Of a stretch of 64,000 bases of DNA, positions 20,741 through 30,177 are shown in pieces. The stretch lies in NCBI GenBank assembly GCA_003707115.1, contig PPNB01000001.1:558001-622000 (forward strand), written 5' to 3'. This DNA comes from Tortispora ganteri (Eukaryota). Numbering within the stretch: the stretch's first letter is position 1; each line of letters opens with the position of its first letter. The notes under the pieces are model-generated. The model ran no database searches. It saw only the letters and a program-made list of their open reading frames with translations, and was not told where the DNA came from. The translations under genes and the position numbers were made by a program.

Positions 20741-23146
20741 ATGAAGTTTAGCCATTCAGTGCAGTTCAATGCTGTACCCGAGTGGTCGTCTCAGTATATT
20801 GCATATTCTAATTTGAAGAAACTTCTTTTCAATCTAGAGAAGGAATATCTCCTCAATGGAAATGAAGAGGAAAGAGAAAGATTGATAACTTCTGGGAATC
20901 CTGATACTATCTATATTTCAGCTTTAGATGCAGAACTAAAGAAAGTGACCGACTTTTATACGGCAAAGGAAGCTGAGATACTCGCGGAATACGATAAGCT
21001 GTCTTTAGACTTTCTTGAATTCACAGAGAATCCCGTCGAATCTAATAACAGATTAATAGGTGTACAATCGCATGAGTCTGGTAGACCATTTGTACCCTAT
21101 ACATTCAGAGATCATAGTCCTGACCACGTTTCACTTAACGGACCAAGTGAGCCTACAGTGGCGGAGTCAAATGAACAAGCACGCGGATCATCAATCTCGC
21201 CATCTCGAAGAAGTATGAAACGCAGATCTAGCGCAAGAATGTCCGTCAACGACTATGAGGGGTTCATTGAAGATGCCTTTAATGACATGTACGATCACCG
21301 GATCACTCTCAAAAAGCGAATCATCCAGTCTTTCGTCCAACTATCGGAACTGAGTGGATATGTTCAACTAAACGAAACAGGATTTAGAAAAGCTACTAAA
21401 AAGTACGACAAAATACTCGGTCGGTCTATTCGCGAAAATTACCTAGCGGAACATGTGGCGCATGCTTACCCATTTTTGCCCGAAACTCGTGATAAGATAT
21501 CCCAAGCTACCCAGAATACGATCCAAATGTATTCCAATTTGCTCAACATTAATCCTGAATCTGCTAAAGTTGAACTCAGAATGCATTTACGAGAATATGT
21601 CGTCTGGGAACGCAATACGGTTTGGCGAGATATGATCGATATGGAAAGAAAAACACAAGCAGCTCGTCTTGGTGCTCAAGTGAACGATTCAGCAGTAGTA
21701 CCTCCAAAACGCTGGAAGATAGGATCGTATTATCTTCCGCTGTGGATGACATCTTCCTCTACTCTTTCTCTTGCTCTCATTGTATGCATATTTGTTTTGC
21801 TTCTAAATATTGAAACTTTTGAGGAACCCGCAAAACGCAACTGTTTGGCAATATTGATTACTGCTTCTCTGTTGTGGGCGACAGAAGCAATGCCGTTATT
21901 TGCAACTGCTATGTTGATCCCTTTATTGATAGTGCTGTTAGATGTTATTGTCGATGCAAACGGCCAACCTTTGCCGGCCCCTGACTCTGCGAGTTATATA
22001 TTCTCATCTATGTGGTCTAGTATGATCATGTTGCTACTTGGCGGGTTTGCCATTGCTGCTGCCCTTTCAAAGTACCAGATCGCTAAACTAATAGCTACTT
22101 TAACGCTGAGCAGGTCTGGAACTGATCCTAAATGGGTTCTGCTAGCTATCATGTTTATCTCAATGGTTGCGAGTATGTTCATCAGCAATGTCGCCGCTCC
22201 TGTGCTTTGTATTTCAGTCGTTCAGCCATTACTACGAAACTTGAGTCCTGACTCTAAGTTTAGCAAGGCTCTATTACTTGGAATTGCATTTGCTTCTAAC
22301 GTTGGAGGAATGACTTCGCCTATTGCTAGTCCGCAGAATATTGTGGCCTTGGAGAATATGGATCCGCAGCTATCGTGGATTAGTTGGTTTGCCATTTCTA
22401 TACCTGTGAGTATAATTTCGCTGCTTCTTATATGGGCTGTGCTTTTAGTGACTTGTGCTGCAGAGCGTGATATTGTGATCGCACCTATACGTGTCTCAAA
22501 TGACAAGTTCTCTTCCACACAAGTGTTTGTGTGTATAGTAACTATTGGCACTATTATTTTGTGGTGTCTCACGCATGCTCTGCAACCTGTTGTTGGTGAT
22601 ATGGGAGTAGTTGCGCTTATTCCTTTGATTGTGTTCTTTGGCACCAAAACACTCACTTCTGAAGATTTCAACAATTTCCTCTGGACTGTAGTTATGCTGG
22701 CAATGGGTGGAATCGCTCTTGGTAAAGCGGTTTCTTCGTCAGGACTACTTGCAGATATAGCAGCAACAGTTGATAACTCTGTGCAGGGAATGCACTTATA
22801 CGGCATTACTATTGTCTTTGGAGCTGTTGTCTTAGTTGTTGCGACATTCATTTCTCACACAGTGGCAGCGCTGATATTCCTGCCACTGGTCAAGGAAATT
22901 GGAGAGTCGCTAGACAATCCCCACCCTAGATTATTAGTTATGGTATGTGCTCTGCTATGCTCGGCGGCGATGGGTCTTCCCACATCTGGATTTCCTAACG
23001 TTACTGCTATCTGTACCATGGACGAAATGGGACGGCCGTATTTGAACGTGAAATTGTTCATTACGCGAGGTGTACCCATCAGTGTCGTTGTATTTGGAGT
23101 AGTTACCACGGTGGGATATATATTGATGCGAATATCAGGGCTCTGA
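20741..23146 (+). CDS. PHO91: SPX-domain low-affinity phosphate transporter (Pho87/Pho90/Pho91 family)
   Basis: MKFSHSVQFNAVPEW SPX start, WERNTVWRDM, ISNVAAPVL, SPIASPQN, SGFPN. The paralog assignment is tentative. Confidence 0.9.
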   Translation: MKFSHSVQFNAVPEWSSQYIAYSNLKKLLFNLEKEYLLNGNEEERERLITSGNPDTIYISALDAELKKVTDFYTAKEAEILAEYDKLSLDFLEFTENPVESNNRLIGVQSHESGRPFVPYTFRDHSPDHVSLNGPSEPTVAESNEQARGSSISPSRRSMKRRSSARMSVNDYEGFIEDAFNDMYDHRITLKKRIIQSFVQLSELSGYVQLNETGFRKATKKYDKILGRSIRENYLAEHVAHAYPFLPETRDKISQATQNTIQMYSNLLNINPESAKVELRMHLREYVVWERNTVWRDMIDMERKTQAARLGAQVNDSAVVPPKRWKIGSYYLPLWMTSSSTLSLALIVCIFVLLLNIETFEEPAKRNCLAILITASLLWATEAMPLFATAMLIPLLIVLLDVIVDANGQPLPAPDSASYIFSSMWSSMIMLLLGGFAIAAALSKYQIAKLIATLTLSRSGTDPKWVLLAIMFISMVASMFISNVAAPVLCISVVQPLLRNLSPDSKFSKALLLGIAFASNVGGMTSPIASPQNIVALENMDPQLSWISWFAISIPVSIISLLLIWAVLLVTCAAERDIVIAPIRVSNDKFSSTQVFVCIVTIGTIILWCLTHALQPVVGDMGVVALIPLIVFFGTKTLTSEDFNNFLWTVVMLAMGGIALGKAVSSSGLLADIAATVDNSVQGMHLYGITIVFGAVVLVVATFISHTVAALIFLPLVKEIGESLDNPHPRLLVMVCALLCSAAMGLPTSGFPNVTAICTMDEMGRPYLNVKLFITRGVPISVVVFGVVTTVGYILMRISGL

Positions 23147-24223
23147 GTCAGCAATTGCACTATGGTATACTGAGAATACTGACCATTATACGCTTACGTA
23201 TAATTTTGATTTTTGAATTCCCTGAAGTTAAAGGCAATAAGGTTTGCGGAATAAGATTGCACCAGTACAATGAACGCGTTTTTGCAGATAAAGTAAGAAC
23301 ATTAACGTTTAACTAATCTGCGATTAGATGATGATTTCGCATTACAGAGCCAATTAAAGTGCAACCTTACAAGCCAAGAACGACTGCAGGTACACTGATA
23401 AGAAACTGAATTAGCGATTCATAATGTTTGTATGAAAACTTCGAGAATAATTAGACTTGCAGTTGCAGTCTAAGTGATCTGAGCATTAAGAAGCTCATAT
23501 GCGAAAAGTTTGTGACTATTCTAAGCTAAGGCCTAAAATGCGCGAGGCCAAACTAAACCGTTGGAGTTCAAGATTGGTACGATAACTTTATTTTTTTGAG
23601 TCAGTTACGAAGAGATTGCCAGATGCAGAAACCGCACCGAGAAAAGACTGGAAATTGAATCAGGCAGGTAAAAAATGAATACAAAGAAACGCATAATTGT
23701 GCGGTCAAATGCAAAGTTGCGATCTGAGTCATATGCAGACTAGTGTTAACGCACAATCGCGTGCAGACAATCTGTCGATGAGCTTAGCATTTCTGTCACT
23801 AAAAAGTACTAATACCAATAAACAATTAGTGCTGAAAGCTGTGACGATAGAGTTATTTAATGATACTGTGAAGCGAGACTGATGAATATTGCTGTTCGCC
23901 ATATGAAACAGGTTTGGAAAACTCGGCCGCATCGTTCATTTGGTACACAGATAACATAGTTTAAGGTTAAGGGTTAAATTTATGGAGCCAATTATAGAGA
24001 CGTAAACAGAAACCTTATTTGTAATTTTCGTATTGAAGCCGGGCGAGAAGCTAGGGCAGTAGATCGATCGCCCGATAGTAGTGTATGGGCTGTAAGTGCA
24101 ATCTTAATTATCATAAAGTTATGCGGGCGAGTTTTAGTGGTTGATACTCCGTTAATTGATTTAAGAAGTCGTGCGTGTATGAGTGTGTATATATAAAGGA
24201 CCCTACCGTGCTGCCGCCTTGCG

Positions 24224-24392
24224 TATCTTATCTATCACTATCCATTTTCGGTGCTCTGTTCTTATCGCTTAAGTTTGTCCTTTTACATTTTTCTTTTTTG
24301 CCTATCACGTCTGCTGCTGCATAACGAAAAAACTATTTCGGGTGCATCATACATATCCGCTATTTTAGTATAAATACTAGCGATCGTTTATC
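24224..24392. promoter_or_regulatory. Cluster of GATA elements upstream of guanine deaminase (possible nitrogen-catabolite control)
   Basis: CTTATC at 24227 and 24261 plus several TATC; TATAAATA at 24369. Confidence 0.4.
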
Positions 24393-24471
24393 ACATTAAG
24401 GCTGCTCTGAATAATCATACACGTGCTTAATCCTTCTTTGCACACTTTTTCCTCTAATAAACATTCTAACA

Positions 24472-25836
24472 ATGGTATCCACTTGTAAAGTCATATACGA
24501 AGGCACGTTCCTTCACAATCTGGAACTTAAAACTACTCAGATTCTCAATGGCGCAATCGGTGTTGAAGACGGCACTATCGTATTCATTGAAGATGGTGCA
24601 ACTGCTGACCAAGCCGCACAGAAACATGGTTGGTCCGGCTATGAGGTAGTTTCTACTGATGGAAAATCTCAGTTTTTCTTTCCTGGATTCGTCGACGCCC
24701 ATATCCATGCACCCCAGTATCCTAATTCTGGCATTTTCGGCCGCTCTACCCTTCTCGACTGGCTTACAACCTATACTTTCCCTCTCGAAGCCTCTTTAAA
24801 GGACCTTCATAGAGCTCGCCATATCTACGAAGCTGTAGTCTCTCGCACTTTGGACCATGGAACTACCACCGCAGCTTACTACGCCACTATCGATACTGAA
24901 CCCACAAATTTGCTCGCTGATATCGCTCTTGACTTCGGCCAACGCGCATTCATTGGCCGCGTATGCATGGACCGTAATTCCCCTGATTACTACATAGAAG
25001 ACACTGAAACTGCCAAGAAGCGCACACAGGAAGTTATCAAGCATCTCCATGATATCGACCCTACAGAGACTCTTGTAGCTCCTATTCTCACTCCTCGTTT
25101 CGCTCCTTCTTGTTCTTCTGAATTACTGTCTTATCTTGGTTCGTTAGTCTCCAGCAAAGGTTACCGCGTACAAACCCATGTTTCGGAGAACCTCGCTGAA
25201 ATAGACTGGGTTTCCAAGCTGTTCCCCAAAAGCAAGAGCTACTGCGGAGTTTACGACGACCACAAACTGCTAACTGATCACACAATCTTGGCTCATGCTG
25301 TTCACTTATCTGACGAAGAACGCGACCTAATCCTCAAGAGGGGTGCGGGTATTGCTCATTGCCCTATTTCAAATTCCTCGATTGCCAGCGGAGAAGCCAG
25401 AATCAGATGGCTGCTAGACTATGGAGTAAACGTGGGTCTAGGAACTGATGTCTCTGGAGGATTCTCTTGCAGCATCCTCTCTTGTGCTCGTAACGCTGTT
25501 ATGGTATCGAATCACATCGCTATGCGAAGCGGTCCAGACACGCGTTTGAGCCCTGACGAGGTATTCTACCTTGCGACCATCGGTGGTGCCAAGGTGTGCA
25601 AAGTCGATGATCGTGCCGGTAATTTTATTGTCGGTAAACGATGGGATGCACAGCTTATTGATCTCTCTGTGCAAGGATCTCCTATAGATGTATTCCCATG
25701 GGAGGAAGGTAACTTTCAGCTTCTGTCCGAGAAGTGGCTCTATACTGGCGATGACCGCAACTGCAGGAAAGTATGGTGCAATGGCAAACTTGTTGGTGGT
25801 TTCGACTACAAGAGAAAGAGAACTGTTTTACCTTAG
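24472..25836 (+). CDS. GUD1: Guanine deaminase
   Basis: PGFVDAHIHAPQY, TPRFAPSC, QTHVSEN, LAHAVHL, GLGTDVSGG, GDDRN. Confidence 0.96.
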   Translation: MVSTCKVIYEGTFLHNLELKTTQILNGAIGVEDGTIVFIEDGATADQAAQKHGWSGYEVVSTDGKSQFFFPGFVDAHIHAPQYPNSGIFGRSTLLDWLTTYTFPLEASLKDLHRARHIYEAVVSRTLDHGTTTAAYYATIDTEPTNLLADIALDFGQRAFIGRVCMDRNSPDYYIEDTETAKKRTQEVIKHLHDIDPTETLVAPILTPRFAPSCSSELLSYLGSLVSSKGYRVQTHVSENLAEIDWVSKLFPKSKSYCGVYDDHKLLTDHTILAHAVHLSDEERDLILKRGAGIAHCPISNSSIASGEARIRWLLDYGVNVGLGTDVSGGFSCSILSCARNAVMVSNHIAMRSGPDTRLSPDEVFYLATIGGAKVCKVDDRAGNFIVGKRWDAQLIDLSVQGSPIDVFPWEEGNFQLLSEKWLYTGDDRNCRKVWCNGKLVGGFDYKRKRTVLP

Positions 25837-26034
25837 TATTCTGCTCTTTCATGATAAATGCCCGCTCAATCTCTCTACCTTTTTTTTTTTTGAATCGTTA
25901 TTTCTTTCTTTTGGGTTATGGTTATTTAATTACAAAAATTCACCTATCGCGCTTAAAAGTAGTAGATACAACAGGTGTAAAAAGAATACAGAATAGATTG
26001 ATAAAATCTGTCATTGCTATTCGTATACTGTGTT

Positions 26035-28269
26035 TTATAGGGTCGTAGATAGTTGGAACTGCGTATATTTTTCAAGCATTTCGTCTGTAATGCCTCGTCT
26101 AGCTTTCACAAGAGCGCTTTCAAAATGTTTCCATTCAATGCAAAGTGCATCTATGTCTTCATTCATAGCTTGAAGACCTGCTTCTTGACATGCAGCAACA
26201 ATCTCTGCTCCTGACATGCGATCTGCCTTATCGGCTAGTCGTTCTGCAGTCACGTCATCTGCTACTGACATTTTAGCAAGTGCGATCTCAAATATTTTAG
26301 TTCGTGCTTCTCTGTCTGGAGGAGAAACATATACAAGTCGGTCAATTCTGCCTGGACGTAAAAGCGCTGAATCAATAACTTCAGGTCTATTTGATGCAGC
26401 TAATACGACAACACCGTCAAGAGACTCTATACCGTCCATTTCATTCAACAAAGTCGTTAATATCCGATCCGCCCCTGATGAATTAGTTTCACGGCTAGAT
26501 GCCATTGCATCAATCTCATCAAAAAAAATAATTGAAGGTCTAACTGCACGTGCTTTCCTGAAAAGGTCGCGTACAGACTTTTCTGATTCTCCAACAAATT
26601 TATTAAAAAGCTCGGGACCTTTAACCGCAAAAAAATTCAATCCTGCTTCAGTCGCTAAAGCTTTAGCAACTAACGTCTTGCTACATCCTGGCGGCCCATA
26701 GAGTAAAATTCCTTTTGGTGCTTGAATTCCAAGTCGCTGAAATGTATCTGATTTTGTCAAAGGCCATTCAATCATTTCACGTAGCTTTTGTTTCACTTCT
26801 TCCTGGCCTCCAATATCTGAGAAGCGCGTAGTTGGAGGTTCAAGGAATATTTCCCTCATTGCGCTTGGACGCACTTTATTAATAGCTGTCTGAAAATCTG
26901 ATAACATTACGCGAAGGTTGAGATAATCGTCAGAAGTTTTGTCTTGTATTATGTCATTGTTCCGCTCTATTGAACTCAATGCTGCTTCTTGACAAAGTGA
27001 CGAAAGATCAGCACCAACATATCCATGCGTCTTGCTAGCTAGATGTTCTATGTCATCCTTCTGTAAATCATGTGGTATCTTTGAGAGAAGAATTCGTATG
27101 ATATCTAGACGTGCAGCGGCGTCAGGTATACCTACTTCAATCTCTTTGTCAAACCGTCCTGGTCTCCTCAGAGCAGGATCTATAGAGTTAGGCCTATTTG
27201 TTGCGCCAATAACGACGACTCTGCTAGTTGAAGAACTAGCCATTCCATCCATCAATGTGAGAAGAGTGCCTACAAGTCTTGCTTCAGCTTGACCAGAGTC
27301 ATCATCATCTCTTCTGGGCGCTAAAGCGTCAATTTCATCCAGAAATATGATCGCAGGTTGATTATTGTGTGCTTCCTCAAATCGTTTCCGTAAAGCCGCT
27401 TCAGATTCACCTAAATACTTTGAAACAATTGAAGGTCCATTAATAGTGATCAAACGAGCTTTAGTTTCAGATGCTACAGCTCGAAGCAGCATAGTCTTGC
27501 CGGTACCTGGGGGGCCATGAAGCAGAACTCCACGAACAGCGGGCACTCCAAAATGGGCAAACACCTCTGGTCTATTCAATGGCAAGTCCACAAACATGCG
27601 CAACATTGAAATCTCTTTGTCTAATCCGCCAATGGAATCATAAGTTACTTCAAACGGTGACTTCAGCGTACTTTCCATAGAGTCTGCAAACGTTAAAGTA
27701 TACGATTCAGGCACACTGATTATGTGAATATCTGAGCCGCCAGATTCATAAGCGCTGTATAGAGCCATTGGATCGTTCTGATTTGTGAGTATGTCACAGA
27801 TAATCACAGATCTGTGGTCTTCCAATGCATACTTGTAGCCTTTGCATATATATTTCAGAGTACTAAACAAACATCGTATTGATTGCGCAATTTCAGGAGT
27901 AGAGATTCCATCTACATAAACAAGCACTTCAGATACTACAGACTCTGGAGATGCGACCTTAGATATCGCGACATGATCGCCAGTCTGAATATCGCACTGT
28001 TCGCGCAGCACCGAAGACAACTGAATCTGAGCCGGATCAAGTGTGGGTTTACTTAACGGCCGTATTTCTGCATAACCACATAACATACTATTTTTAGTTA
28101 TTGATACAATATCTCCATCAGAGAATACTTTTCGGAAAACCACAGGATCAATGTAAGCTTGCATTTGTGCTTCAATCGCAACATTGATCTGCTTCTTCAC
28201 TGTGAATTCAGCTTCTTTAGGAGGAGCGCGCGACTCTATTTGGCTAGATTTTTTTGACTTACTAGCCAT
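26035..28269 (-). CDS. AFG2: Double-ring AAA ATPase Afg2/Drg1 (60S maturation)
   Basis: Two AAA modules (GPPGTGKT; GPPGCSKT), THGYVGADL, RPSAMREIFLE. Confidence 0.92.
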   Translation of the reverse strand: MASKSKKSSQIESRAPPKEAEFTVKKQINVAIEAQMQAYIDPVVFRKVFSDGDIVSITKNSMLCGYAEIRPLSKPTLDPAQIQLSSVLREQCDIQTGDHVAISKVASPESVVSEVLVYVDGISTPEIAQSIRCLFSTLKYICKGYKYALEDHRSVIICDILTNQNDPMALYSAYESGGSDIHIISVPESYTLTFADSMESTLKSPFEVTYDSIGGLDKEISMLRMFVDLPLNRPEVFAHFGVPAVRGVLLHGPPGTGKTMLLRAVASETKARLITINGPSIVSKYLGESEAALRKRFEEAHNNQPAIIFLDEIDALAPRRDDDDSGQAEARLVGTLLTLMDGMASSSTSRVVVIGATNRPNSIDPALRRPGRFDKEIEVGIPDAAARLDIIRILLSKIPHDLQKDDIEHLASKTHGYVGADLSSLCQEAALSSIERNNDIIQDKTSDDYLNLRVMLSDFQTAINKVRPSAMREIFLEPPTTRFSDIGGQEEVKQKLREMIEWPLTKSDTFQRLGIQAPKGILLYGPPGCSKTLVAKALATEAGLNFFAVKGPELFNKFVGESEKSVRDLFRKARAVRPSIIFFDEIDAMASSRETNSSGADRILTTLLNEMDGIESLDGVVVLAASNRPEVIDSALLRPGRIDRLVYVSPPDREARTKIFEIALAKMSVADDVTAERLADKADRMSGAEIVAACQEAGLQAMNEDIDALCIEWKHFESALVKARRGITDEMLEKYTQFQLSTTL

Positions 28270-28454
28270 ATTGAGTGATCAATACAAACAACGTACTATT
28301 GACGTTTTTGTAAGGAAATAAAGAAGTACAAATTCGAGTTGAATAGATACACAAATAGTTTTCTTAAATTATACATAGAGTTGCTCAATAACAACCCTCA
28401 ACCCTGTGTTTTGAGATTATATATATTTAGGCAGCTTGGATTAGTATCAAACTA

Positions 28455-28537
28455 TTCCTCGTGGCCCAATGGCAAGGCGTTCGCCTACGATTTGTGTCAC
28501 TAGCGAAAGATTCCAGGTTCGACCCCTGGCGGGGAAG
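28455..28537 (+). tRNA. tRNA-Arg(ACG) with an 11-nt intron (28491..28501)
   Basis: Acceptor stem TTCCTCG/CGGGGAA, anticodon stem TTCGC/GCGAA, ACG at 28487-28489, T-loop GGTTCGA, downstream T-tract. Confidence 0.95.
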
Positions 28538-28804
28538 TTTGTATTTTTGCGTAATTGTCCGCTGTATATTTTTTTAATATAAAAATTACAGAATTGCGTT
28601 CCGAATATAAATTAATGTGAAAGAAATATATATTTTGGCAAGTAGTTATTTAAACAACTATATAACTCCGATACGTAGTTGAGTGATTATGATAGGTTAA
28701 GAAGGATAATAAAGTTCGAACCCCACAAGAAAGTTGAAGCAAGAACAACGTATTTAGCACTTAATTCCTCTAAGTTCCAGCGAGGCGAAGGAAAAATTAA
28801 TAAC

Positions 28805-30124
28805 ATGCCGGTATATTCTGTGTCTAATGTGGAAGATCTTCGCATATGCGTTGTAATGGTGGGATTGCCTGCTAGAGGCAAGAGCCTGATCGCTACGAAG
28901 ATAGTGAGATACTTATCGTGGCTATCGATTAAGGCCAAATGCTTCAATGTTGGTACTTATAGAAGACTGCAGACAATGCATCCCAGTGCATCATTTTTTG
29001 AGCCAGATAATACTGAAGGGGAGAAATTGCGAAAAGAAGCAGCTGTTCTTGCTACGAAGGATATGATTAGATGGTTCGAAGAAGAGAATGGTGTTGTAGG
29101 TATACTTGACGCTACAAACTCCACGGTCGAACGACGAAATTGGATTCTTCAAATATGCCGAGAAGAAGGTTTAGAGCCTATGTTTGTAGAAAGCTGGTGC
29201 GATGATGACGAGATTATTATGCACAACATTATCGAGGTCAAAACCAGAAGTCCTGATTACGAGGGTCAAGATCCTGAACAGGCTGTACGTGATTTCAGGG
29301 AAAGAATCAGAAACTATGAGAAAGTTTATCAGACTCTTGATGATGATTCCTTGACATATTGCAAAATTATAAACGTTGGCGCCCAAGTTATCATCAATCG
29401 TATACAGACGTACATGGAGTCGAGAATTGTCTACTTCCTCACCAATCTTCATATACGACCCAGGGCAATTTGGCTCTCTAGACATGGCGAGAGCATGTTT
29501 AACTTGTCTGGACAGATTGGAGGAGATGCAGACCTTTCTCCTCGTGGAAAGATGTACGCTGAACAGCTACCTGAGCTGGTCAGACAGAGTGTTGGCGATG
29601 CTCCCCTTACTGTATGGACGTCTACCTTGAAACGCACCCAGCAGACTGCAAGCAAGCTACCGTACCCAAAGCTTGCTTGGAAGGCGTTGGATGAGCTCGA
29701 TTCTGGTGTGTGCGATGGAATGACGTATGAGGAAATCGAAGAACAGTACCCTGAAGACTTCAAGGCGCGCGACGACAACAAGTACGAGTACAGATACCCT
29801 GGCGGCGAATCATACCGAGATCTAGTGATCCGACTCGAACCCATTATTATGCAGCTGGAACGACAGGAGAACATTCTGATAGTAACACACCAGGCTGTTC
29901 TGCGGTGTATTTACGCGTATTTCATGAACGTGTCACAGGACCAGAGCCCTTGGATGGAAGTGCCGCTGCATACTCTGATCAAACTCACACCCCGAGCTTA
30001 CGGTACCGAAGTTACTAGAATTAAGGCGAACATACCTGCCGTATCTACGTTTCGCCAGAAAGGATCGTCAGCAAAGCATGATGCTACTCCTCAAACGACC
30101 GGGGACATTCATCTAAGTTTATGA
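28805..30124 (+). CDS. FBP26: 6-phosphofructo-2-kinase/fructose-2,6-bisphosphatase (Fbp26-type)
   Basis: VMVGLPARGKS P-loop, DATNST, intact SRHGES phosphatase motif. First ATG is at 28805. Confidence 0.93.
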   Translation: MPVYSVSNVEDLRICVVMVGLPARGKSLIATKIVRYLSWLSIKAKCFNVGTYRRLQTMHPSASFFEPDNTEGEKLRKEAAVLATKDMIRWFEEENGVVGILDATNSTVERRNWILQICREEGLEPMFVESWCDDDEIIMHNIIEVKTRSPDYEGQDPEQAVRDFRERIRNYEKVYQTLDDDSLTYCKIINVGAQVIINRIQTYMESRIVYFLTNLHIRPRAIWLSRHGESMFNLSGQIGGDADLSPRGKMYAEQLPELVRQSVGDAPLTVWTSTLKRTQQTASKLPYPKLAWKALDELDSGVCDGMTYEEIEEQYPEDFKARDDNKYEYRYPGGESYRDLVIRLEPIIMQLERQENILIVTHQAVLRCIYAYFMNVSQDQSPWMEVPLHTLIKLTPRAYGTEVTRIKANIPAVSTFRQKGSSAKHDATPQTTGDIHLSL

Positions 30125-30177
30125 ACCTATACTCTTTTACCTCCCACAAACTTTCAATACTGTGTACATTCCCCTCT

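Noticed and set aside
22222..22851. Long antisense or alternate-frame ORFs (e.g. 22222-22851, 30084-30656, 26216-26701, 6211-6639)
   Set aside because: They lie wholly within or opposite conserved genes and show no family motifs.
23328..23399. ATGATGA...CTGA spaced like a C/D snoRNA
   Set aside because: No terminal stem and no convincing rRNA complementarity.
28679..28804. N-terminal extensions from TTG/GTG starts in the ORF track (FBP26, PHO91, SUI3, PRE7, IES2, SPP2 and others)
   Set aside because: Artefacts of bacterial-style start calling; homology begins at the first ATG.
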